A DNA stretch of 64,000 nt from Eledone cirrhosa (lineage: Eukaryota). Position numbers and translations under genes: made by a program. The notes beneath the pieces are model-generated. The model was not told the DNA's origin. It saw only the letters and a list, made by a program, of their open reading frames with translations, and made no database searches. Positions 1 through 10,379 of this stretch are shown here, piece after piece; position 1 is the stretch's first letter; each line of letters opens with the position of its first letter. The stretch lies in assembly GCA_964016885.1 (NCBI GenBank), contig OZ024762.1:28768001-28832000 (forward strand), written 5' to 3'.

Positions 1-1500
1 GTATTTATCCTCATCACAAGTTAAACTTCATTTTACATGCTAGCATGGGTCAGACGAGTTATCCTGTTGTGTGAAAACCTAGATCAAATAACCGTGTCTT
101 GCTCATGCTAGAACCATTTCTGGTTGGTTTCTATGGCTGGATGCCCTTCCTAACTCCAACCACATTTACAGGGAGGACTTGGTATTTATTGTTGTGTTGT
201 TAACATGACCAACCTACAGGGTGGACTCGGTACTTTTGTTGTGTCATCATCATGACAACCACCAGCTAACAGAGCAGACTTGGTGCTCTTTGTCATGTCA
301 CCAATTTGACCACTTTGAAGGGTGGTTCGGGTCCCTTCAGTCTTGCCACTAGCATGACCATTTTACAGGGTGGGCTAGGGGCCTCCTGTCATGTCTACAT
401 CACTGGGTGAACTGGGTGCTTATTTGTCATGTCACCAGCATAACTACCTTGCAGGGAGGGTTAGGTGCTCTTTTGTCATATTACCTAACAGAGAGGACTC
501 TGTGTTCTTTTGTCATGACACCTGCATGACCACCTTACAGGGTTGCCTGAGGGTTTAGCCATTTCAGTCGTATTGGAGGAGAGCATGTTAAGCTTTCCAT
601 ACTTGTATACATGGGTTGGTCAAGAGAGGTGTATCAGATGTGAAAGTGGGGGTGGGGTTATGTGTATGTAGGGTGGGGATTGGAGCGGTAGGTCAGGGTG
701 GTGTACTTAGCTGGTAAGGGGGTGGTGTGTTAAGACGTGGGGAGGAGGAAAATTAGAGCATACTTCAAACCACTATATGCTGCTTCATCCCGTGCACATT
801 GGAATGCAGGTCTGCTGCAGTACTGTATAACGCCAGAGATTTGAATCCTCTTGTGATATCACCTTTGAGAGATACAATGGTGTCAGGTCAATTTTTTACC
901 TCCTCATCCCAAGCTTTCCTAGGTCTTCCTCTTCCATCAATTTCAAGCGGTCAACCTTTTATACAGCATCTCTACCTTCATACACATCACATGTCCATAA
1001 CACAGCAATCTCTTCTCCTGCATACTGTATCTTATCCCTCTCAGTTTAGTTATACTTTCCCCATCATGTATATTCATAGGACACATCCATTGGAGAATTC
1101 AAGCTTTATTTCTATCCAATCTTGAGGTCCTCGCTGCAATGCAGTATTGCTGTTCATATGCACACATCAATTTGGTGAAACAACCTTTTGTAGCTAGCAG
1201 TAGTAGTAGCATCATAAACCTCTGCCATCTTGTTCTTACTCTTGTTTCTGTACTTTCAGAACACCTACCTCTGTTAATTTGGTAACAGAAACTGTCAACT
1301 GCTTCTATGGAACCCTTTAAATATATGATAGAGCTTGTCTCCTAAAAGCAATTGCTTCTTACTGTTCCAGTGCAATGACCCCAGGTGAAACCTACTTTCT
1401 TAACTAACTTATCTTGTACCCCACTAAATCTCTTGTGGACCCATAGTCTATTTAGTGTAAATAATGTTTCTTACACATAACATGTATGTGTGACCACTGG
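1..1500 (-). mobile_element. Old degenerate RTE-clade LINE 3' fragment
   Basis: The minus strand gives decayed RPRKAWDE, GCSESTETRVRTRWQRF and WVHKRFSG motifs. The 3'UTR motif ggatgcccttcctaac is shared with the intact RTE copies in this window. Confidence 0.75.
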
Positions 1501-1711
1501 TTTCTGAGTACACTTATGGCCACCACTGTTTAATGGGGGGAGGCACTTCCAAACAGACCCTTCATTAGGCATGCTGAAAATATATTAAAAGGAAGTTCTT
1601 TCCTCCAACAATTTTCACCCCAAACAGAGGAGAGTTTCATATTGTCAAAAAGGGAGGTAAATCTTTAGCAGTGTAATTGTCAGGCTTAATTATATATGAA
1701 ATTAGATACAC

Positions 1712-2330
1712 ATAGAAGTGGTTGATAGCTTTTGCAATCTAGGTGACTTAATAAGCAGTGGAGGGGGCTGCTCTGAAAGATGAATAGTTAGAATAAGGAT
1801 AGGATGGAAAAAGTTTAGAGAGCTACTGCAACAGTTGACCACAAAAGGTTTCTCTCTCTGTACAAAAGGTCAACTGTATGACACATGTGGGTGATGTGCA
1901 ATGATGAATGGTAACAAAACAAGGGTCTGACTGCAGAGGATATGTAGACAGGAGAGGAATGAAACAACCATGCTTTGTAGGTCATGTTATGTAAGTGTGA
2001 GAGAAAGGCAGAATTTGGAGAAGTTCAAGAAGCTGGCTTTAAGAGTGATCTGAAGTGGTGTGCAAGAGAGAAGACTGTGTTTGTACAGACATGGGACGCA
2101 CATGGATAATGACCGCTGGGTGATGAAGTGCCAGGAAATCCCAGTGGAAGGAAGCCATAGTAGAGGTAGACCAACAAAGACATGGACAGAGGCTGGGTAA
2201 ACTGACTCTCACAGAGGAGATGACAAAGGAACACGACAAGTGGAAAGATGCTATGTTGAGAAGGACATGTCCAACCCAAGCAAGCATGTAAAAACAGACA
2301 TAAAAACAGTGATGTTGTTGATGAAGATGA
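1712..2330 (+). mobile_element. Old degenerate RTE LINE 3' fragment
   Basis: Translates to VDSFCNLGDLISSGGGCSE...GWKKFRELL...RGRPTKTW, with stops and frameshifts, followed by a GAT-like tail. Confidence 0.75.
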
Positions 2331-2544
2331 CGTACATATACACACATATATAATGAAATAAATCAAATACAGCTATGCACATACTTATATATAAACACAG
2401 ATACAAACATATACATGGACACAAATTTCTACACACATATATATAAACTATGTAAATTCTGAACAATACAGTTTTGTCAGCAAAACTCTTGGTTAAAACT
2501 TCTACAAATAAAATAAAAGGAAAATAATTTCTTAGTAAATCAGT

Positions 2545-2550
2545 TTTATT
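2545..2550 (-). terminator. Putative polyadenylation signal of ZNF gene A (paralogue at 28500-28505)
   Basis: AATAAA on the minus strand followed by a U-rich tract; conserved in both duplicates. Confidence 0.45.
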
Positions 2551-3154
2551 CAAAATATTAACAACATTGGTGGCACTATTTTAGGTGAGTGATATGGTTT
2601 TTATCTTGTTTGATTGTGTTTGTGTTGAATTAAATAAGCTTTACAAGAGAAGGATTTACCACTGACATGATATGGTTCCTCTCCTGTATATGTTAGTGTC
2701 TAGTGAAGCCAAAACATTTAGAGAAGGATTTATCACAGACATCACAGTGATATGGGTCCTTACCTGTAGATGTTAGTGTCTAGTGAAGCCACAACATTTA
2801 GAGAATGATTTACCAAATATATCAAAGTGATATGGCTTCCTACATGTGTGTATGTTTGTGTGTAGTTAATATAACATTCACAGAGAATGATTTCCCTCAG
2901 ATGTCAAAATGATATGTATTTGCATTCTCATTCATTCACAAATTTGAGGGAATGATTTATTACTGATGTCAATGTTATGATTTCTCTTCTACATGTGTAA
3001 GTTTGTGAGTAGTTAGGCTACTTTTCCCAGAGAATGATATACCACAGATATCACAGTGATATGGCTTGTCTCCTGTATGTGTACATTTGTGGCTAGTTAA
3101 GTGACTACTTTGAGAGAATGACTTACCACAGATATCACAGTGGTATGGCTTATC

Positions 3155-4837
3155 TCAAATATGTATACGTTTGTGGCTAGTTAAATTACTTCTTACAGAG
3201 AATGATTTACCACAGATATCGCAGTGATATGGCTTCTCTCCTGTATGTATACGTTTGTGTCTAGTTAATGTACTACTATCAGAGAATGATATACCACAGA
3301 TACCACAGTGATATGGCTTCTCTCCTGTATGTACACGTTTGTGTCTAGTTAAGGTTCTACTATCGGAGAATGATATACCACAAATATCACAGTGATATGG
3401 CTTCTCTCCTGTATGGGTACGTATGTGGCTAGTTAAGGTATTACTTACAGAGAATGATTTACCACAGATATCACAGTGATATGGTTTGTCTCCTGTATGT
3501 ATACGTTTGTGGCTAGTTAAGGTACTACTTTGAGAGAATGACTTACCACAGATATCACAGTGATATGGCTTGTCTCTTGAATGGGTACGTATGTGTCTAG
3601 TTAAGCTAATACTTACAGAGAATAATTTACCACAGATCTCACAGTGAAATGGCTTGTCTCCTGTATGGGTACGTTTGTGAGTAGTTAAGTGACCACTAAC
3701 AGAGAATGATTTACCACAGATCTCACAATGATATGGCTTCTCTCCTGTATGTATGCGTTTGTGAGTAGTTAAGTGACCACTATCGCAGAATGATTTACCA
3801 CAGATATCACAGTGGTATGGCCTGTCTCCTGTATGGGTACGTATGTGGATAGTTAAGTGACTACTATCAGAGAATGATATACCACAGATATCACAGTGAT
3901 ATGGCTTCTCTCCTGTATGTACACGTTTGTGCTTAATTAAGTTATTACTTCGAGAGAATGATTTACCACAGGTATCGCAGTGATATGGTTTCTCACCTGT
4001 ATGGGTTCGTATGTGAGTATTTAAGGTACTACTTTCAGAGAATGATTTACCACAGATATCACAGTGATATGGCATCCCTCCTGTATGTATATGTTTGTGA
4101 GAAGTTAAGTGACAACTTTCAGAGAATGATTTACCGCAGATATCACAGTGATATGGCTTGTCTCCTATATGGATACGTTTGTGACTAGTTAAGTTTCCTT
4201 TTTGAGAGAATGATTTACTACAGATATCACAGTGATATGGCTTCTCACCCGTATGGGTACGTTTGTGTGCAGTTAAATGAACACCAATAGAGAATGATTT
4301 ACCACAGATATCACAGTGATGTTGCTTTTCTCCAGTATGTATACGTTTGTGAGTACTCAAATTACTACTTAGAGAGAATGATTTGCCACAGATATCACAG
4401 TGATATGGTTTGTCTCCTGTATGCGTACGTTTGTGAGTAGTTAAGTGACTACTATCGGAGAATGATTTACCACAGATATCACAGTGATATGGCTTCTCTC
4501 CTGTATGTATACGTTTGTGCTTAACAAAGTTACTACTTCGAGAGAATGATTTACCACAGATATTGCAGTGATATGGTTTCTCACCTGTATGGGTACGTAT
4601 GTGAGAAGTTAAGGCACTATTATCAGAGAATGATTTCCCACAGATATCACAGTGATATGGCATATCTCCTGTATGTATATGTTTGTGAGTATTTAAGGTA
4701 CTACGTTTATTGAATGATTTACCACAGATATCACAGTGATATGGCTTCTCTTCTTTAACCTTTGTCATCTCACCAGGAATGCTAAACACTTTAGATTGAG
4801 TTTCACATTTAATCTGCTCACACAATTTATTTTCCAT
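3155..4837 (-). CDS. Tandem C2H2 zinc-finger protein, 19 fingers, short N-terminus without recognisable KRAB/BTB/ZAD (ZNF-A)
   Basis: 560-aa ORF of [23 protein letters not shown] repeats with TGEKPY/TGDKPY linkers; single coding exon. Confidence 0.95.
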   Translation of the reverse strand: MENKLCEQIKCETQSKVFSIPGEMTKVKEEKPYHCDICGKSFNKRSTLNTHKHIHTGDMPYHCDICGKSFSDNSALTSHIRTHTGEKPYHCNICGKSFSRSSNFVKHKRIHTGEKPYHCDICGKSFSDSSHLTTHKRTHTGDKPYHCDICGKSFSLSSNLSTHKRIHTGEKQHHCDICGKSFSIGVHLTAHKRTHTGEKPYHCDICSKSFSQKGNLTSHKRIHIGDKPYHCDICGKSFSESCHLTSHKHIHTGGMPYHCDICGKSFSESSTLNTHIRTHTGEKPYHCDTCGKSFSRSNNLIKHKRVHTGEKPYHCDICGISFSDSSHLTIHIRTHTGDRPYHCDICGKSFCDSGHLTTHKRIHTGEKPYHCEICGKSFSVSGHLTTHKRTHTGDKPFHCEICGKLFSVSISLTRHIRTHSRDKPYHCDICGKSFSQSSTLTSHKRIHTGDKPYHCDICGKSFSVSNTLTSHIRTHTGEKPYHCDICGISFSDSRTLTRHKRVHTGEKPYHCGICGISFSDSSTLTRHKRIHTGEKPYHCDICGKSFSVRSNLTSHKRIHI

Positions 4838-5496
4838 GATTTCTTCAACAGATTATACAAATGTTTTTCTTTTAATATTTTTTATATTATATTCCTAAAA
4901 AATATATCTTCTATATTTCCCTTATCTGTGATTTCAGTTAATATCTGAAGATAATGCAAACTTCTTTTTCATCCAAGTTTAGTTAAAATACAAAATCATC
5001 TCATAGTGAAGAAAATAAACTCAGTTTTGAGGAAACATTTCACAGTAATTCGACGACAGATTTATATAAACAGTGTTATATAAGTTCTGTTTAAAAAGTA
5101 TGTCTTCAAATGATGATAAATAGAGGTGATGTATCCAAGATTGAAAAAAATAATTTATTCCAATGTCATCTGATATTCTGAAATTAGAAAGAAACAGTAT
5201 GAGATAATAGAGAATACTTAAGAAGCAGAGATAGATTTAACAGTGGAAATTTTATATTTCTATATTGATAAACTGTAGATAACAACTTTCCTGTCCAGAG
5301 CAATTCTCTCCAATGTAAGTAGTGGTATTCCAGCCTGCTATATAAATTATATCCTTCTATCTCTAGAGAGGTCTACTCTATGGCAGTTTAGCAAAAAATT
5401 CATTCTTATAGGACTTATAAGAAAAAAACAGTATGAGATAATAGAGAATACTTAAAATACAGAGATAGATTTAACAGTTGAAACTTTACATTTTTA

Positions 5497-5628
5497 CTGA
5501 ATTTCCCTGCGTCGAAGACGTTACTTTTTCCCTAATATAAGTCTCAAAAATCTACCATGCATCCTGGAGGCCGAAGGTTGTTTATAGTTTTTTTTTTAAA
5601 TGGTCGTCTTCGGCGCCGGTAAATACAG
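5497..5628. mobile_element. Tc1/mariner-superfamily MITE (~132 bp)
   Basis: Imperfect ~24-bp TIRs (ctgaatttccctgcgtcgaagacg / cgtcttcggcgccggtaaatacag) with TA on both sides. The empty site is visible in the local duplicate near 5255-5280. Paralogue at ~30525-30656. Confidence 0.7.
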
Positions 5629-6567
5629 TACATTGATAAACTGTAGAAATATACCAGTGTGATGTTTATTTATTTATATAAACCAAGGCTACATATATGT
5701 CAAACTACAGCTACACCATCACTATAGCAGTATCATCTAGTACAGGGCCCCAAAACTTTGGTAACCTTCTTAGATGGGTTTTGCTCGGCCGACTGGCTAC
5801 TCCTCCTCATAGTGGTGCAGCCAACTTGCCAGCCCTTCTCGTATCCGTACCATCAGTACATGGCCCCCAAACTATGGTAACCTTGTGAGATGGGTTTGGT
5901 GCAGCTGACTGGCCACACCTCCTCATAGTGGTGCCACCCAGTACCAGGCCCCAAAATTATAATTCCACTGTGAGATGGGTTCAGCACAGCCAACTGGCCT
6001 GTCCCTCCTCATAACAGAGCAATCCAGTTCCACACTGTAAACATGGTTGGTGTTAGGAAGGGAATCCAGCTGTAAGATACCCGACCAAATTGACAGACCT
6101 CGCCTCAGCCAGGTGCGACACATGGCCAACCCTGGCCAGACTTGCCTCCTGGCGTGGATGACACATCTAACCCATGCACGAATGGAAAAATGGACGCTAA
6201 ATGGTGATGATACATACATATATATATATATCCCACCCACACTGGACGTGTAGAAGACACAGCAAAAAAGTATCCAGCCCTCACTTGCCTCTAAATGGGA
6301 CCCGTCTAACCCATGCTAGCGTGGAAGATGATATATAATAAAATGTTGTAGTTTGCTTGAAGCATTCTATATAATATATAACGTCGAAAGAGATAGAATG
6401 CTAAACAATGCAAAATGGACTATAAGATGAGGTAAGGAAAAGTAAAAGTTACCTGGTAATCTTTGTTTTGTTTTTTTGTTGTTGTTCTTTTATTTGTCCA
6501 ATATTTCGGGACCTAAAAGTCCTTTCTTCAGGGTTTAACCCTTTAACATTTACATTATTCTAAATAC

Positions 6568-8834
6568 AAAAACGTGAGGTGTTCAGGATTGCTAGGCAAT
6601 GTGTCAAGGAAAACAGTGATATTGTCGGGGAGAAGTGTGTACTTAACGATGACGGCATACTTGCCATCACCGACGCCGATAAGAAGGTAGCTTGGAAGTG
6701 TCACTATGAAAGGCTACTAAATGAGGAGAATAAATGGGAGAAAGACAGTCTCCCCCACATCGACCCAATAGAGGGACCAGCAGTGTTAGTCGAGGGTAGT
6801 ATAATAAGTAAGGCAATCAAAGATATGAAGACAGGCAAGGCGGCTGGGCCTTCGGAAATAGTTGCCGAGATGCTGAAGGCATCTGGTACGGTGGGACACA
6901 CCATGGTCACCCGGATAGTCAACCAAGTCATACAGAATGGGGTTGTTCCTAAGGACTGGCGTAGCAGCATTATCGTTAACTGTTATAAGGGTAAAGGAGA
7001 TGCCCTAGATAGGAGTAACTATAGAGGCATTAAATTAATCGACCAGGTCATGAAGGTCACGGAAAAAGTAATAACGCAACTAATCAGAGAGCGAATTGAT
7101 CTAGATGAAATGCAGTTCGGGTTTGTGTCAGGAAAAAGTACCACAGACGCTCTTTTCATTGTACGACAACTACAGGAGAAGTACCTAGCTAAAAGTAAAC
7201 CCCTATACTTAGCTTTCGTCGACTTGGAGAAGGCCTTCGACAGAGTCCCCCGTTCCATTATCTGGTGGGCTCTTAGAAAACTAGGTGTTGATGAATGGCT
7301 TGTGAGAGCTATACAAGCCATGTATAAAGAAACAGTCAGCAAGGTTAGAATTAACAACGATTATAGTGAAGAGTTTAGTGTAAAAGTTGGTGTTCATCAG
7401 GGCTCTGTTCTTAGCCCCCTACTATTTATTATTGCCCTCCAGGCTACAACAGTGGAGTTCAAGACCGGCTGCCCATGGGAACTCCTATACGCAGATGATC
7501 TAACGCTCATAGCTGAATCAATGGCCGAGCTAGAGAAGAAATTCCAAACATGGAAGCACGGCCTAGAATCAAAAGGCCTTAAAATTAACCTGGCTAAGAC
7601 TAAAGTTCTAGTTTGTAAGAAAGAAAATAAGGCGGCGGTCCCCTCCGGGAAGTGGCCATGCACAGAGTGTAGGAAAGGCGTAGGTAGAAATTCCATTTTG
7701 TGTCCCAAATGCAAAGTTTGGGTGCATAAAAGATGTAGTGGGATCACAGGTAAGCTAACTAAGAACATAGATTTTACATGTGGCCGGTGTTCTGGGGCAA
7801 TAAGTAGCAGCAAGTGCCCACAAAATACTAGCTCTTTCAACTGCGCAGAGGGTTCTATAGAAATAGTGGACAGCTTCCGTTACCTGGGTGACAAAATCAG
7901 CAGTGGGGGAGGGTGCTCTGAAAGTACAGTAGCTAGAGTCAGAACTGGGTGGAAAAAGTTCAGAGAGCTTATACCACTATTAGCCGCTAAAGGGTTCTCC
8001 CTAAAAATGAAAGGCAGGCTGTACGATGCCTGCATACGAACAGCAATGTTGCATGGCAGTGAGACCTGGGCATTGTGTGCAGAGGATATACGCAGACTAG
8101 AGAGAAACGAAGCTTGCATGCTCCGTTGGATGTGTAATAGTAATATACGTGAACGACAAAGCATAAACGAACTAAGGAAAAAATTAGAAATAAGAGGGAT
8201 CAGATGTTGTTTACTAGAGAGAAGGCTACGTTGGTATGGTCACGTGATGCGCATGAAGGACGATAGCTGTATAACAAAGTGCAGGGCAATAAAGATAGAC
8301 GGTAGCCACGGAATAGGCAGACCCAGAAAAACTTGGGACGAGCTGATAAACTCCGACCTCACACACTTACACCTCACCAAGACAATGTCACTGGACCAAG
8401 ACCTTTGGCGGTACTCAGTAATAGAGAAGACCCGCCTTACCTAAATACAAAGTAAAACCTACTACAGTCAGTAGGCATCTCTAACAAAATACACCCCCGT
8501 CCCACCACCCCACCCCATCCACACCGCCCCCTTCTATGTAAAGTTATGTTGGTGCCACACCATCCAGGCCGAAACAAATGAGATCGTGTAGGTGTCACGA
8601 CAAAAAAACACACAGTCCACGCTGTAATGTGGCCGTGTAGGCAACACGGTAAAAACCTCCCAGACCCACACTGTAAATGTGGTTGGTGTTAGGAAGGGCA
8701 TCCAACTGTAGAAAACCTGCCAGACAGTCCTATGCGAGCAAGACAATCATTCTTGCCTCAAGTAGGAAAACCCCCGTCCAAACCCATGCAAGCGTGGAAC
8801 ACGGACGTTAAACGTTGATGATGATGATGATGAT
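6568..8834 (+). mobile_element. 5'-truncated RTE LINE, young, present only in duplication copy A
   Basis: Open RT ORF, 3'UTR and (GAT)n tail. The empty site is at ~31725-31745 in copy B. Confidence 0.95.
6579..8444 (+). CDS. RTE reverse transcriptase (N-terminally truncated ORF) with internal PHD-like finger
   Basis: NYRGIKL, QFGF, FVDLEKAFD, GVHQGSVLSP, YADD, FRYLG, RLRWYGHVMR and GRPRKTW motifs; uninterrupted 621 codons. Confidence 0.92.
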   Translation: MFRIARQCVKENSDIVGEKCVLNDDGILAITDADKKVAWKCHYERLLNEENKWEKDSLPHIDPIEGPAVLVEGSIISKAIKDMKTGKAAGPSEIVAEMLKASGTVGHTMVTRIVNQVIQNGVVPKDWRSSIIVNCYKGKGDALDRSNYRGIKLIDQVMKVTEKVITQLIRERIDLDEMQFGFVSGKSTTDALFIVRQLQEKYLAKSKPLYLAFVDLEKAFDRVPRSIIWWALRKLGVDEWLVRAIQAMYKETVSKVRINNDYSEEFSVKVGVHQGSVLSPLLFIIALQATTVEFKTGCPWELLYADDLTLIAESMAELEKKFQTWKHGLESKGLKINLAKTKVLVCKKENKAAVPSGKWPCTECRKGVGRNSILCPKCKVWVHKRCSGITGKLTKNIDFTCGRCSGAISSSKCPQNTSSFNCAEGSIEIVDSFRYLGDKISSGGGCSESTVARVRTGWKKFRELIPLLAAKGFSLKMKGRLYDACIRTAMLHGSETWALCAEDIRRLERNEACMLRWMCNSNIRERQSINELRKKLEIRGIRCCLLERRLRWYGHVMRMKDDSCITKCRAIKIDGSHGIGRPRKTWDELINSDLTHLHLTKTMSLDQDLWRYSVIEKTRLT

Positions 8835-9450
8835 ACTATTATATTTGCGTGGTAAAGTCTTTACCTCACATAACATTTACATTATTCTATATATACTATT
8901 ATATTTCCATGGTAAAGTCTTTACCTCACGTAACATTTACATTACTCTATATATACTATTATATTTCCATGGTAAAGTCTTTACCTCACATAATATCGAA
9001 TCTATGAGATTTTGATATTATTTATATTGAGAACAATACTTTAACATCAGTATGAATGGCCAGTTATGGCTGGTTTAAAAAGAAAAAGGGGACAGAAGTC
9101 TGGCCGGTTATTGCTGGCGCTGGTTTAAATATTAAATGATTAACCCTTTAGCATTCACATTATTTTATATATACTATTATATTTTCATGGTAAAGGCTTT
9201 ATCTCACATAATATCGAATCTATCAGATTTTGAAAGTATTTATTTTGAGAACAATACCTTAACATCAGTTTGAGCGACCAGTTACAGCCAGTTTCAACAG
9301 AAAGAGGTAGAGAATTCTGGCTGGTTTTGGCTGGTTTGAACACTAATGGGTTAAGCAATATTCAGTGGATAATGTTCCAATTTCCTCTCTTTGGGATTAA
9401 ATTTTGATTTTGATAAAATTTTTTCTAAGTCGTTTTCAAGCATTTTATAA

Positions 9451-9882
9451 AATTGATGGAAGCTGTGAAGTAGGAAGACCTGGGATGAGGTGATAAAAGC
9501 TGACCTGACACAATTGATGGAAGCTATAGAGTAGGAAGACATAGGATGAGGTGATAAAAGCTGACCTCACACAATTGATGGAAGCTATGGAGTAGGAAGA
9601 CCTGGGATGAGGTGATAAAAGCTGACCTCACACAATTGATGGAAGCTATGAAATAGGAAGACCTAGGATGAGGTGATAAAAGCTGACCTCACACAATTGA
9701 TGGAAACTATGGAGTAGGAGGACTTGGGATGAGGTGATAAAAGCTGACCTCACACTATTGATGGAAGCTATGAAGTAGGAAGACCTGGGATGAGGTGATA
9801 AAATCTGACCTCACATGATTGATGGAAGCTATGGAGTAGGAAGACCTGGGATGAAGTGATAAAATCTGACCTCACACAATTG
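9451..9882 (+). repeat. 61-bp minisatellite (7 copies) derived from RTE C-terminal coding sequence
   Basis: Unit aattgatggaagctatggagtaggaagacctgggatgaggtgataaaagctgacctcacac. Only 2 copies at ~32047-32172. Confidence 0.9.
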
Positions 9883-10019
9883 CACTTCTCAAAGACAATG
9901 ACACAGAATCGAGATATTTGGTGTTATACAGTAATATAGAAGACCAGCCATCCCTAGCATTGGTATCAATGACTCTCGCATGGACATCAATACACATCTC
10001 TATATACACACCTAACATA

Positions 10020-10370
10020 TCAAAGACCCCCGTTGGTCACGAATGACCATGTGATTTGCAACTAGAGAATACCCCTCCGAAGCACAAGTCCGGTTGTTTG
10101 AGGAAGACCAGCAGTCGCCCATGTATACCAGTCTACCCTCTCCACGCCTCCAATGTTGTCCAAAGGAAAGGTAATGGCTGATACAGCTTGGTACCAGTGA
10201 CAGCACAACATATGTATACACTATATATATATTCTATGTAGAGTATATATATATACTATATATATATTATATATACTTTATGTACAGTATATATTATACA
10301 CTATATATGATGTTGTCCAAGGGAAAGGTAAAGGCTGACACAGCTTAGCACCAGTGACATCACAACATAC
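10020..10370 (-). mobile_element. 3' portion of a tRNA-derived SINE (5' part at ~13190-13492)
   Basis: Shares the gatacagcttggcaccagtgac module with the SINE head at 13190-13492; separated from it by the RTE derivative. Confidence 0.55.
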
Positions 10371-10379
10371 ATATATAAT

